Part shown: positions 20,854 through 31,203 of the stretch, piece after piece
Layout: each line of letters begins with the position of its first letter
Position numbering within the stretch: the stretch's first letter is position 1
DNA from: Terriglobia bacterium
GTDB taxonomy: Bacteria; Acidobacteriota; Polarisedimenticolia; Polarisedimenticolales; JAIQFR01
DNA: 64,000 bases
NCBI GenBank assembly: GCA_963790465.1
Contig: CAWBOP010000011.1
Coordinates: 73,984 to 137,983, forward strand
Reading direction: 5' to 3'
Program-made: the position numbers and the translations under genes
The notes under the pieces: generated by a model
Told to the model about the DNA's origin: nothing
Database searches by the model: none
What the model saw: only the letters and a program-made list of their open reading frames with translations

Positions 20854-22848
20854 GTGGAAGGCACTTCGCCCGAAAGAGCGTTTCAGGAGGCCCTTCGTCG
20901 GGCGGTGTTCAAGACGCTCGGGATCGAGCCCTCGGCGATTCCGCTCGCCTATCCGCCCACCGCGACCCAGGGGGACATCGCGAGCCCGATCTGCTTCGAG
21001 CTGGCACGCACCGCGAGAAGACCCCCGCGCGCGCTCGCCGAGGCGATCGCCGTCGCCTTCGAGCCGGGGAGCGGGATCGAACGCGTCGAGGTGGCGGGCG
21101 GCGGCTACCTCAATGCCTTCCTCGACCGGAACACGTTCTTGCGCCGCTGGCTCGTCGAGGACCGGGGAAACGTTCCGCCGAGCGGCCACCCGAAGACGAT
21201 CGTCGAGCACACGAACATCAACCCGAACAAGGCGGCCCACATCGGCCATCTGCGCAACGCCGTCCTGGGCGACACGCTGGTCCGGTGCCTCAGACAGCTC
21301 GGCGAGACGGTCGAAGTCCAGAATTACATCGACGACACCGGCGTGCAGGTGGCCGACCTCGTCGTCGGCTTCCGCGTACTGCGAGGCGAGGGGATCGAGG
21401 AGATCCGCGCTCGTTACGCGGAGGAGTCGCTCCTCTCTCGCGGCGAGCGGTTCGACTACCTCGCCTGGGATCTTTACGCCGAGGTCACCCGGTTCTACGA
21501 GGAGGATCGCGCGAGGCTCCGGCATCGCGAGGAGACGCTGCACGCGATGGAGCAGGGGGGAAACCCGATCTCGGAGATCGCCGCCCACGTGGCGCATCGC
21601 ATGGTGCGCCACCACCTGACCACCATGGCCCGGATCGACGTGCGCTACGACCTCCTCCCGCGGGAGAGCGACATTCTCGTCCTCCGCTTCTGGGAGGACG
21701 CGTTCGCGCGCCTCAAGGAGAGCGGCGCGATCCGCCTCGTGCGGGAGGGGAAAAACGCCGGCTGCTTCGTGATGGACCTCCCCGGCGTCGAGGAGGGGTC
21801 GGGCGAGGACCAGAAGGTCATCGTCCGGTCGAACGGCGTCGTGACGTACGTCGGCAAGGATATCGCTTACCAGATGTGGAAGTTCGGCCTCCTCGAGCGG
21901 GACTTCCGCTACGAGACGCTGGACTGGTCCCCCGCGGCGCGGCGGTACGACCTCTGGGCGACCACGCACGGGACGGGGGTGAAGGAGCATCCCGCGTTCG
22001 GGCGCGCCGGCAAGGTTTACAACGTCATCGACGTCAGCCAGTCGTACCTGCAGCGCGTCGTGGCGCTCGGCCTGCGCACCCTCGGACACGCCGCGGAAGC
22101 GGACCGGTCGATCCACTTCTCCTACGAGAAGGTGGCGCTTTCCCCCGCGTCCGTCGCCGCCATGTTCCCCGACTATGCGCTGACCGACGACGACCGCGCG
22201 AAGCCGTACCTCGAGATGAAGGGGCGCAAGGGGCTCGGCGTGCGCGCGGACGACCTGATGGACTCGCTCATCGCGCGAGCGTCCGCCGAGATCCTCAAAC
22301 GGAAGCCGGATGCCGGAGAAGAGCGGGTCGCGGAGACCGCATCGCGCATCGCGGTCGGCGCGTTGCGCTACTACATGCTCCGCTTCAGCCGGAACCGGGT
22401 GGTCGCCTTCGACATCGACGACGCGCTCGCGTTCGAGGGGGAGACGGGGCCGTACCTCCAGTACTCCGTCGTCCGCGCGCGAAACATCCTGGCGAAGGTC
22501 GCCGAACGCTACGGGAAGGAAGCAGCGGACGCCGTCCTTCTGTCGGAATCCCTGGATCTCGGCGCGCTGGCGCCCGAGACGCTCGCGGAGCACTGGAACC
22601 TCGCGCTGCTCCTCTCCCGGGTCGAGGCGGTGGTGCGGCAGGCGGTGGACTCGCTCGAGCTCGCGACGGTCGCCAAGCACGCGTACGTCCTGGCGCAGGC
22701 GTTCAACTCGTTCTATCACCGCTTCCCGGTGACCCAGGAAGAGAACGCCTCGGTACGCGGGACGCGCTCCGCGCTGGTCCGCCTCTACCACGACGGGATG
22801 GTGCACCTGCTGGGACTGATGGGGATCGAGGTGCCGGACCGGATGTAG
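20854..22848 (+). CDS. argS: Arginine--tRNA ligase
   Basis: 664 aa with class-I HIGH motif (NPNKAAHIGHLRNAVLGD) and the typical ArgS anticodon-binding C-terminus ending ...GIEVPDRM. Confidence 0.93.
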   Translation: MEGTSPERAFQEALRRAVFKTLGIEPSAIPLAYPPTATQGDIASPICFELARTARRPPRALAEAIAVAFEPGSGIERVEVAGGGYLNAFLDRNTFLRRWLVEDRGNVPPSGHPKTIVEHTNINPNKAAHIGHLRNAVLGDTLVRCLRQLGETVEVQNYIDDTGVQVADLVVGFRVLRGEGIEEIRARYAEESLLSRGERFDYLAWDLYAEVTRFYEEDRARLRHREETLHAMEQGGNPISEIAAHVAHRMVRHHLTTMARIDVRYDLLPRESDILVLRFWEDAFARLKESGAIRLVREGKNAGCFVMDLPGVEEGSGEDQKVIVRSNGVVTYVGKDIAYQMWKFGLLERDFRYETLDWSPAARRYDLWATTHGTGVKEHPAFGRAGKVYNVIDVSQSYLQRVVALGLRTLGHAAEADRSIHFSYEKVALSPASVAAMFPDYALTDDDRAKPYLEMKGRKGLGVRADDLMDSLIARASAEILKRKPDAGEERVAETASRIAVGALRYYMLRFSRNRVVAFDIDDALAFEGETGPYLQYSVVRARNILAKVAERYGKEAADAVLLSESLDLGALAPETLAEHWNLALLLSRVEAVVRQAVDSLELATVAKHAYVLAQAFNSFYHRFPVTQEENASVRGTRSALVRLYHDGMVHLLGLMGIEVPDRM

Positions 22849-22873
22849 CGCGCTGGAGCGGGCGGAGGCGAAC

Positions 22874-23551
22874 GTGGGGCTCAGGATCCTGGTTCTCGGA
22901 ACGGTCGAGGACGACGTGCGGCGGCAGGTCGCGGCGCTTGGCGGCGGCGCCGAGATTCACGAATTCGCCTCGGGGGGCGACGTGGCCGACGCGATCCGCG
23001 CCCTCTCTCCCGACATCGCCATCGTCGGCCGGCCCGGCGCGCTCCCGGCGTTCCTCGACGCCTCGGGACTCGACGCGCTCGCGCGGCGGGTCGACCACGA
23101 GTACCTGAGGAGCGTCCGCTATCGCCATCCGCTCGGCCTTGCGCTGCTCTCGGTGGACCGCGTCGGCGACCTTGCGAGCACCCACGGCGCGGCCACGGTC
23201 GACGCGTTCTCCGACTCGCTCGCGGCGGCGGCGCGACGGACGCTTCGAGAAGTGGACATCCTCTTCCGCCCCGCCGTTTCCGAGATCGCGGTCATCCTGC
23301 CCGAAACCGAGATGGGGGGCGCGCGCATCGTCGCCGAGCGGCTGCGCACCGTGAGCGCGAGCCTTCTCTTCAAGCCGGAACGGCCGGCGTCCGACCGGCC
23401 CGCGCTCCCGCTGAAGGCGACGGTGAGCGTCGGGCTGGCGGGGTGCCCCGGCGACTCGATCCGCTCGGGCGCCGACCTCATCGCCGCGGCGCGCGCTGCG
23501 ATGGAAGCCGCCCGCGACGCGGGGGGAGACCGGCTGGCCGGGGCCTCCTAG
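22874..23551 (+). CDS. Pseudo-receiver + degenerate GGDEF-domain protein
   Basis: The N-terminus is CheY-like (LRILVLG...PDIAIVG) with no Asp at the acceptor position. The GGDEF fold (LLSVDRVGDLASTHGAATVDAF...) has AVSEI where GG(D/E)EF is expected. Confidence 0.7.
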   Translation: MGLRILVLGTVEDDVRRQVAALGGGAEIHEFASGGDVADAIRALSPDIAIVGRPGALPAFLDASGLDALARRVDHEYLRSVRYRHPLGLALLSVDRVGDLASTHGAATVDAFSDSLAAAARRTLREVDILFRPAVSEIAVILPETEMGGARIVAERLRTVSASLLFKPERPASDRPALPLKATVSVGLAGCPGDSIRSGADLIAAARAAMEAARDAGGDRLAGAS

Positions 23552-23670
23552 CCCGGCCTCTCGATCCGGTGCGGTGGCCCGTCCGCGGACGTTCCAAGTC
23601 CACGAGTTACGGCGTGTTATCCTCTTCGAGGCACGCGCGGCCTGGGTGGGCGCGCGTGCCTGGAGAGCCC

Positions 23671-25467
23671 TTGAACAATCCGATTCGCGCGATTTTCCTC
23701 GCCGTTCTCGCGATCGTTTCCTGGCTGCCGGCCCGCGCGGCGGCGCCGACCCTTCTCCCGTTCGCGGACGTTCATCCGGGAATGAAGGGGACCGGACGGA
23801 CCGTCTTCTCGGGGACCACGGTCGAGGAGTTCCAGGTCGAGATCGTCGGGACCCTCCCCAACATCGGCCCCGGCCAGAGCCTGATTCTCGGCAGGTTGAG
23901 CGGCGGACCGCTCGCGACGACCGGCGTCCTCGCCGGGATGAGCGGCAGCCCGGTGTTCCTGGACGGGAAGCTCGCCGGCGCGGTCGCCTACAGCTGGGGA
24001 TTCTCGAAAGAACCGATCGCGGGGATCACGCCGATCGAGGAGATGCTGGCGGCCGCCGCGCGAGCCGAAGGATCGGGCGCGCCGGCGCGAACCGGCGCGC
24101 CGCTCGACCGGGCGGCCCTCGCTCGCCTTCGTTCCCCGCTCGCGGCGGCCTCGTTCTTTCCCGACGGCCTTCTCTCGCGTTTCCCGCACCCCGTCGCCGG
24201 ATCGCCGGCCGCCATCCCCGTTTCGGTGGCGGGACTCGGCGCGGCGGGGCTCGCGCGGCTCGTCCCGCTTCTCGGGCGGGCAGGGCTCACCCCCCTCGAG
24301 GGAGGCGGCGCCGGACGATCCCCCGGGGTTTCGCCGGCCCTGGTCCCCGGTTCCGCGGTGGGCATTAAGCTCTCGCGGGGCGATCTCGACATTACCGCGA
24401 CGGGAACCGTGACCTGGGTGGACGGCGACCGCGTGATGGCGTTCGGCCACCCGCTGTACGGACTCGGACCGGTGGATATGCCCCTCACGGGGGCGCGCGC
24501 CGAGGCGCTCATGCCGAGTCTCCAGGAATCCTTCCGGATGGCGACCCCGCTGTCGGAGATCGGAGCGTTCCGCCAGGACCGCGTCTCCGGGATCTTCGGC
24601 AAGCTCGGCGCCGCCGCCCGGATGATCCCGGTCCGCCTCGAGCTTCGCTCCCGCGGCGGCCCGACGGAGACGTTCGCCTTCGACGTCGCGAGCGACCCGC
24701 TGCTGGCCCCGCTGATCCTCTACGCGGGACTCAACGGCATTCTCGGCAACAAGGAAAGGGTCGCGGGCAACTTCACGCTCCGCCTCGCGGAAGGCTCCGT
24801 GATCAAGTCGGACGGGGTCGAGGACATCGCGCTGGACAACGTGTTCACCGGGCCCACGGCGGCGTACTTCGCCACGGGGATCCCGGCGTACGTGCTCTAT
24901 CTGCTTCTCAACAACGACTGGGCGCCTCCCAGGGTGAGCGGGATCAACTTGATCCTCGACTACGACGCCGATCCGCTTTCCGGCCGGATACGGCGCGTCA
25001 GCCTCGACCGCTACCGGGTTCGCGCCGGGGAGAAGGTCGAGGTGTCCGTCGTCGTGGCGCCGTACCGCGGCGCCGAACAGGTGCTGAAGCAGCAGATCGA
25101 GGTGCCTTCCTCCACGGCGCCGGGCCGCCTGCTCCTGTTCGTCGGGGACGCCTCGGGCCTCGGCCAGATCGAGGGGAACGAAGGCGACGTCATGCCCCGG
25201 GACCTCGCGCAGCTCGTGAAGCTGATCAATCAGCTCCGGCGCAACGATCGGGTGTTCGTGCTCGGGATCCGCGAGGACGCCGGGGTGATCCTGGGAGGCG
25301 AACGGATGCCGTCGCTCCCCCCTTCGGCGCTCAGCATTCTGTTGCGGCCGAAAACCCTCGGGAATTTCACCGTCGTGCAGCGCCGCGCGGTGCTCGAGGA
25401 GGAGATTCCAGCGGAGTACGCTGTCGAAGGGTTGGCGCGCGTGCAGCTCGAAGTGGAGGCGCCATGA
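23671..25467 (+). CDS. Peptidase S55 (SpoIVB-like) domain secreted protein
   Basis: TTG 23671 follows GGAGAG. Signal peptide NNPIRAIFLAVLAIVSWLPARAAAP. GTGRTVFSGTTVEEFQVEIVG...GMSGSPVFLDGKLAGAVAY is the S55/trypsin-like serine motif. Confidence 0.7.
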   Translation: MNNPIRAIFLAVLAIVSWLPARAAAPTLLPFADVHPGMKGTGRTVFSGTTVEEFQVEIVGTLPNIGPGQSLILGRLSGGPLATTGVLAGMSGSPVFLDGKLAGAVAYSWGFSKEPIAGITPIEEMLAAAARAEGSGAPARTGAPLDRAALARLRSPLAAASFFPDGLLSRFPHPVAGSPAAIPVSVAGLGAAGLARLVPLLGRAGLTPLEGGGAGRSPGVSPALVPGSAVGIKLSRGDLDITATGTVTWVDGDRVMAFGHPLYGLGPVDMPLTGARAEALMPSLQESFRMATPLSEIGAFRQDRVSGIFGKLGAAARMIPVRLELRSRGGPTETFAFDVASDPLLAPLILYAGLNGILGNKERVAGNFTLRLAEGSVIKSDGVEDIALDNVFTGPTAAYFATGIPAYVLYLLLNNDWAPPRVSGINLILDYDADPLSGRIRRVSLDRYRVRAGEKVEVSVVVAPYRGAEQVLKQQIEVPSSTAPGRLLLFVGDASGLGQIEGNEGDVMPRDLAQLVKLINQLRRNDRVFVLGIREDAGVILGGERMPSLPPSALSILLRPKTLGNFTVVQRRAVLEEEIPAEYAVEGLARVQLEVEAP

Positions 25468-27606
25468 CCCGCGCCGCGCTGCTCCCCGTGCTGCTCGCTT
25501 GCGCTACGCTCGCGCCGAGCCCCGCACACGCGATCCACACGCGGACCTGGACCGCCTCCGTCGCGGAGCTCGAGCGCGGCGAGGCGGACGGCGTCGCGGT
25601 CACCTCGCGTGGAAGGCTGTTCCTGGTCCCGCGCTTCGTCCCGGCGGGAGGGCCCCGCTTCGCCGGCGCTCCCGATCACGTCTGGTCGGCCGTGGCGGAC
25701 GCCTCCGGCAACGTCTATCTCGGGACCGGCCCCGAAGGACGCCTCCTCAAGATCGCTCCGGCCGGCGCCCTCAGCGTCCTCTTCGCCGCCGAGGAACCGA
25801 TGGTGACCGCCGTCGCCCTCCTCCCCGGCGGGGAACTCCTCGCGGGGACCTCCCCCGGCGGCAAGATCTACCGGGTCGGCCCCACCGGGAAGAGCGAACT
25901 CTGGTGCGAGACGGGCGAGCGGTACGTGTGGACGCTGGCGGTGGCGCCCGACGGCGCCGTGTACGCCGGCACCGGCGACCAGGGCATCCTTCTCAGGATC
26001 GACCGTGCCGGGAAGGCGTCGCCGATTTTCGACGGCGACGAGTCGCACATCGTCTCCCTCGCGTTGCTCCGGGAGGGCGGACTGATCGCCGGGGGGGCGG
26101 GGCGCGGTCTCGTCTACCGGATCGACGCCGAGGGGCACGCCCGCATTCTCCACGACGACGATCTTCCCGAGGTGCACGCGGTGGCGGTGGCGCCGGACGG
26201 CGCGATCTACGCGGCGATCCTCGGGCCGCCGGAGGCCGAGGCGAGGCCTCCCGCCGTGCGGATCCAGGTCGCCGGCGGCGGCGCGGAGGTCGGGGGCGAA
26301 CCCGGACCCCGTGGGGGACCTTCAGGAGCGGCCCGGGCAGACCCTCGAGGGGGTCATCGAGGGGTTGCCCACGATTCCCGAAGAGCACGCAACGCGCATC
26401 CGCGGCAAACTGGTGCGGATCGCGCCGGACGGGACCGAAACCGAAATATGGCGATCCGCGACACAGGCTCCGTTCTGCCTCGTCGTGGACCCTCAGGGAA
26501 GGGCGACGTTCGGAACGGGCGAGCCCGCGAGGATCTTCCGGACCGAGTCCGCGGACGAGGTCGCGCTGATCGCGTCCTTCCCGGAGGAGCAGGTCACGGG
26601 ACTGCTCGCCGCGGCGAACGGCGTCGTCGCGGCGACAAGCAACCCCGCGGCGGTTTACAGAATGGAGCGCGAGCCGCGGGAGGCGGGGGTCTTCGTGTCG
26701 CGCCCGTTCGACGCCGGCACGCTGACTCGTTGGGGGGCGATTCGCTGGCGGGCGGAGGGGGTGCCGGGCCGGGCGGAGTTCTACACCCGCACCGGGAACA
26801 CCGCGGAGCCCGACGCGACCTGGTCCGCCTGGGGCCCGGCCTTGACCGATCCCGACGCGAGCAAGGTGGGGAATCCGGACGGGCGGTTCGTCCAGTGGCG
26901 CGCGCGGCTCGCGGGGGGCGACCTGTCCGGCTCCAGGATCTCGGTGGCGGCGGTCAGCTACGCGGCGATGAACCGCGCTCCCGGAATCCGGGCTTTCACT
27001 CTCGACGGACCGAAGCCGGCGATCGCCGGGACGGCGAACTTCAGATTCGCCGTCGCGGATCCGGACGGCGATCCCCTCGCGGTCGAGGTGCGCTACCGGA
27101 AACGGGGGACCGACGCCTGGTCCGTTGCCGGCCGCGTGGACTCTCTCGACACGACGCCCGGTTCCGCGGACGACGAGGACTCCGGCTGGAAAAGCGGCAA
27201 GCTGGCATGGGACGCTTCGGCGGTCCCGGAAGGGACCTACGAGATCGCCGCGGTCGCGAGCGATCGCGCGGCCAACTTCGCCGGCGAGGCGAAGGAGAAG
27301 GCGGCGGATCCGCCGCTGATCGTCACCGTCGACCGGACGCCGCCGGTTCTCGACGTGCGGCGGATCGAGGGAGGCATCATCGAGGCCAGGGGGGTGGACG
27401 CGCTCTCGCCGATCAACCGGCTCGAGGCGATGCGCGACGGGAGGCCGGTCTTCCAGGGGCGCCCGGTCGACGGCGTGTCGGACTCTCGCGACGAGGTGTT
27501 CCGGATCGAGGCGTCCGATCTGGGGACCGGCGCCGAGGCGATTCAGATGCTTCGGGTGCTCGACGACGCCGGAAACGTCTCGGAGAAACCCGTCCCGGCC
27601 CCGTGA
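25464..27606 (+). CDS. Secreted beta-propeller-like repeat protein, function unknown (one apparent frameshift near 26307-26317)
   Basis: ATG overlaps the upstream stop (ATGA). Signal peptide MTRAALLPVLLACATLAPSPAHA. Repeats such as GNVYLGTGPEGRLLKI, GELLAGTSPGGKIYRV, GAVYAGTGDQGILLRI. The protein continues in ORF 26311..27606, and removing one C of the CCCC run 26307-26310 joins the frames. Confidence 0.7.
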
Positions 27607-27631
27607 GCCGGAACCGATAGGGGGCGCGACG

Positions 27632-29269
27632 ATGAGGCCATTCCTCTTCCGGCGCCGTTCGCCGGGCACCGCGGCCGCGCTCCTCGCGTGCGTCGCCGCG
27701 GCGGCGGCGTGCTCCGCCCCCGCGCCGACGCGGGTTCACGCGTCGGTCGTGCGCGGAGCGATGAATGCATTCCCGGCGTCGCTGTCGCTCATCGGGAAGA
27801 ACGACACCGCGTCCGAGGTCGTGGCGCGCCTCGTGACCGACAGCCTGTTCCAGTACGACGACTCGCTCACGCTGCGTCCGCGCCTCGCCTCGTCATGGGA
27901 GATCTCGCCGGACGGGAAGACGGTCGTGCTTCGCCTGAGGGACGGCGCGACCTGGCAGGACGGTGCCAAGGTCACGGCGAAGGACGTGGTGTTCACGATC
28001 GGCAAGGTGCGCGATCCGAAGACCGAGGCGCGGGCGTACCTCGGCCAGTTCGAGAACCTCGTGTCCCTCGAGGCTCTCGATGCGCTGACCGTCCGGGCGG
28101 TCTACTCCGTCCCTTATGCGGACGTGCTGGACTCGTGGACCGTTCCGATCGTCCCCGAGCACCTCGCGGCGCGCGACGCGGACCTTCTCACCGGCGATTT
28201 TTCGCGGCACCCGATCGGATGCGGCCCGTTTCGCTTCGCGAGCGCGGAGCCGGGAAGGGAGATCGTCCTCGAGGCGAATCCCGCCTACTGGGACGGCCGG
28301 CCGCTCGTCGACCGGCTGGTTCTCGGCGTGATCCCCGACGAGAGAACCGGCTACCAGGCGCTCCTGCGAGGGGACATCGACATCCTGGGCGTGACCTCGG
28401 ACACGTTTCGCGCGGCCGAGACCGCGCCCGAGGCGGCGCGGCTCAGGCGGCTCGTCTACATCCCGTTGCGAACCTGGTACACGGCGTGGAACCAGAACGG
28501 GAGCAATCCGTTCTTCGGCGATCCGCGCGTCCGCCGCGCGATGGTGCTCGCCCTCGACCGCGAGCCGTTCATAAGAAACGTGATCGGCGGTCTCGCGAGA
28601 GCGGCGGTGCTGACCTACCACCCGGACTCCTCCTGGACCGATCCGTCCATCCGCCCCTGGCCGTACGATCCTCGCGAAGCGGGCCGGCTCCTTGACGAAG
28701 CCGGATGGAGGATGGGGCCGGACGGTAAACGGTCCCGCGACGGGCGGCCGTTCGCGTTCACGCTGACCCTCCCGGTCGGGACGCAGGAGATCACCGACCG
28801 GATCGCCGCCTGGTTCCAGCAGTCGCTGTCGAAGATCGGCGTCGAGGTTCGGATCGAGAAACTCGAGTGGAAAGCCTTTCTCGAGCGAAGACGAGCGCGC
28901 CAGTTCGAAGCGCTGATGCAGACCCTGCAGCTCACCTCCCCCGCTCCCGACCAGTTCGAGCTCTACCATTCGTCCGCCCAGAAGGCCGGGATGAACTTCT
29001 TCGGTCTCGCCGACCCCGAAGTGGACCGGCTCGTGGACGAGGGAAGACGGACCTTCGATCCCGCCGCGCGGCGGGCGATCTACGCGGCGCTGCAAGCGCG
29101 GCTCCACGAACTCGAACCGATCTCCTGCCTGTTCCACTTTGCCGCGCCGGTGCTCGTCGATCCCCGGCTCTCCGGCGTCAAGCCGTCGCCGCTCGGCCTC
29201 TGGGCCTCCTTTCCGGGGCCGAGGGGCTGGAGCTGGACCGCCGCCCCCTCCGCGGCAGGCGGGAGCTGA
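27632..29269 (+). CDS. ABC transporter substrate-binding protein, family 5 (peptide/nickel type)
   Basis: 545 aa with signal peptide and typical SBP_bac_5 stretches (LRPRLASSWEISPDGKTVVLRLRDGATWQDG, FRFASAEPGREIVLEANPAYWDG). Confidence 0.9.
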   Translation: MRPFLFRRRSPGTAAALLACVAAAAACSAPAPTRVHASVVRGAMNAFPASLSLIGKNDTASEVVARLVTDSLFQYDDSLTLRPRLASSWEISPDGKTVVLRLRDGATWQDGAKVTAKDVVFTIGKVRDPKTEARAYLGQFENLVSLEALDALTVRAVYSVPYADVLDSWTVPIVPEHLAARDADLLTGDFSRHPIGCGPFRFASAEPGREIVLEANPAYWDGRPLVDRLVLGVIPDERTGYQALLRGDIDILGVTSDTFRAAETAPEAARLRRLVYIPLRTWYTAWNQNGSNPFFGDPRVRRAMVLALDREPFIRNVIGGLARAAVLTYHPDSSWTDPSIRPWPYDPREAGRLLDEAGWRMGPDGKRSRDGRPFAFTLTLPVGTQEITDRIAAWFQQSLSKIGVEVRIEKLEWKAFLERRRARQFEALMQTLQLTSPAPDQFELYHSSAQKAGMNFFGLADPEVDRLVDEGRRTFDPAARRAIYAALQARLHELEPISCLFHFAAPVLVDPRLSGVKPSPLGLWASFPGPRGWSWTAAPSAAGGS

Positions 29270-29272
29270 GCG

Positions 29273-30250
29273 TTGCTCCGCCTCGCCGCCCGCCGGCTCC
29301 TCACCGCCGCGGCGACCCTGCTCCTGGTCAGCGTCGTCGTGTTCTTCATGGCGGGCCTTTCTCCCGGAGACCCGCTATCGGCGAGCGGCGACGAGGAGGG
29401 GCTCTCGCGCATCACCCCCGAGCAGCGCGCCGAGCTCTCGGCGCTTTACCATCTCGACCGGCCGATCCTCGTCCGCTTCGGACTGTGGCTCCGCGACATC
29501 GCGGCGGGCGATCTCGGATCGTCGTTCCACGACCGGCGTCCGGTTTCCGCGAAGATCGCCGAGAGACTCCCGTTGACGCTCTCGCTGAACGTCGCGGCCC
29601 TGCTCCTCATGCTCGGTGTTGCGGTGCCGCTCGGCACCGCGGCGGCCGGCCGCTCCGGCTCTTGGCTCGACCGCGTCGCCGGCACGGGGACGTACGCGCT
29701 CCACGCGCTTCCGGTGTTCTGCGGCGGGCTTTTCCTGCAGACCGTCTTCTCCGTGCGGCTGCGTTGGCTCCCTCTTTACGGCCTCGCGGCGCCCGGCGGC
29801 GAAGCCGCGGGCGCCGGCGCGCACCTGGCGGAGGCGGCGGCGCACCTCCTGCTGCCCGCGATCTGCCTCGCCTATCCCGGCATCGCCTACGTCTCGCGGT
29901 TCGTGCGCGGGACGCTTCTCGAGAGCGCCCTCGTGGAACCCGGCCGCGCGGCGCGGGCCCGCGGCCTGTCCGCGCGGGCGGTGCTCTTCCGCCACGGATT
30001 CCGGCAGGCCTCGGTGCCGCTGCTCACGCTCGCGGGGTTCCTGCTGCCCGCGCTCGTGGGGGGATCGGTCATCGTCGAGACGATCTTCGCGATCCCGGGG
30101 CTCGGGCGCCTCTTCGTCGAGGCGATGTTCGAGCGGGATATGCCGGTCATCATGGGATTGACGCTCCTCTCCGGAACGGCGACGCTCACGGGGATTCTCC
30201 TCGCGGACATCGCGTACGCCGCCGCCGATCCGAGAGTGCGCCGTGGCTGA
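29273..30250 (+). CDS. ABC transporter permease (DppB/OppB-like)
   Basis: MLRLAARRLL..., six TM segments, and the BPD-transporter motif ARARGLSARAVLFRHGFRQASVPLLTL. Confidence 0.9.
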   Translation: MLRLAARRLLTAAATLLLVSVVVFFMAGLSPGDPLSASGDEEGLSRITPEQRAELSALYHLDRPILVRFGLWLRDIAAGDLGSSFHDRRPVSAKIAERLPLTLSLNVAALLLMLGVAVPLGTAAAGRSGSWLDRVAGTGTYALHALPVFCGGLFLQTVFSVRLRWLPLYGLAAPGGEAAGAGAHLAEAAAHLLLPAICLAYPGIAYVSRFVRGTLLESALVEPGRAARARGLSARAVLFRHGFRQASVPLLTLAGFLLPALVGGSVIVETIFAIPGLGRLFVEAMFERDMPVIMGLTLLSGTATLTGILLADIAYAAADPRVRRG

Positions 30251-31199
30251 GAAGAGGCGCGGCCTTCGTGTCGGCGGCGCGCTGCTCGCCGCTCTGATCG
30301 CCGCGGGGCTTCTCGCGTCCTGCCTCGCCACCTCGCACCCGCTCCTCGAGCGCGGAGCCGCCGGGCTTCGCTCACCGGCGCTCCGGGCCGCGTTCGGCTT
30401 CGCGACCCGGCCGGACCCCTCGGCACGCGTGCTACTTCGCGCCCCGGTCCCTCACGATCCGTACGAGGTGGATCTCGACTCGGTGCTCGCGCCACCGTCG
30501 AGGGAGCACCTTCTGGGGACCGACGGTCTCGGGCGGGACCTCGCGGCGCGGCTTCTTCACGGCGCGCGCGTCTCGCTGTTCGTCGGCCTGCTCTCCGCCG
30601 CGCTCGCTCTCCTCGTCGGCGTCCCGATCGGCGCGCTGGCCGGCTACGCCGGCGGAGCCACCGACGCCCTGATCTCCCGCGTCGTCGAAGCCTTCCTCTG
30701 TTTTCCGAGCCTGCTGCTCGCGCTCGCCCTGCTGGCGGCCGCGCCTTCCCGTTTCCTCGCACTCCCCGACGGGGTCCGGATCGCCCTGGTGGTAGGCATC
30801 ACCGGCTGGACTCCCGTCGCGAGGTACCTGCGTGCCGAGTTCCTGCGGCTCAGGGGATCGGATCTCGTGGAGGCGGCGCGCGCCGCGGGCGCCGGCCCCC
30901 TGCGGATCGTGGTTCGCCACCTCCTCCCCTCGGCGCTCGCGCCGGTCCTGGTGACGGCGGCGTTCGCCGTCGGCGCCGCCATCCTTCTCGAGGCCTCGCT
31001 CTCCTTCCTCGGCCTCGGTGTCCGCCCGCCGACCGCGACCTGGGGTGGCCTCCTGACCGAGGCGCGCGTGCACATCGAGCGCGCCTGGTGGCTCGCCCTG
31101 TTCCCCGGCGCCGCGCTCTTCGCGTCGGTGCTCGCGTGCAATCTCGTCGGCGAGGGGATCCGGGACCTTCTCGACCCCCGGCGCCGCGAGCTCCGCTGA
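30243..31199 (+). CDS. ABC transporter permease (DppC/OppC-like)
   Basis: HLLGTDGLGRDLAARLLHGARVSL... and EAARAAGAGPLRIVVRHLLPSALAPVLV. Overlaps the preceding permease by 8 nt. Confidence 0.9.
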   Translation: MAEKRRGLRVGGALLAALIAAGLLASCLATSHPLLERGAAGLRSPALRAAFGFATRPDPSARVLLRAPVPHDPYEVDLDSVLAPPSREHLLGTDGLGRDLAARLLHGARVSLFVGLLSAALALLVGVPIGALAGYAGGATDALISRVVEAFLCFPSLLLALALLAAAPSRFLALPDGVRIALVVGITGWTPVARYLRAEFLRLRGSDLVEAARAAGAGPLRIVVRHLLPSALAPVLVTAAFAVGAAILLEASLSFLGLGVRPPTATWGGLLTEARVHIERAWWLALFPGAALFASVLACNLVGEGIRDLLDPRRRELR

Positions 31200-31203
31200 C
31201 CTC

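Noticed and set aside
27632-31199. ABC importer lacking ATPase genes as an anomaly
   Set aside because: Opp/Dpp-type systems frequently use ATPase subunits encoded elsewhere. The binding protein and both permeases look intact, so this is not evidence of decay or novelty.
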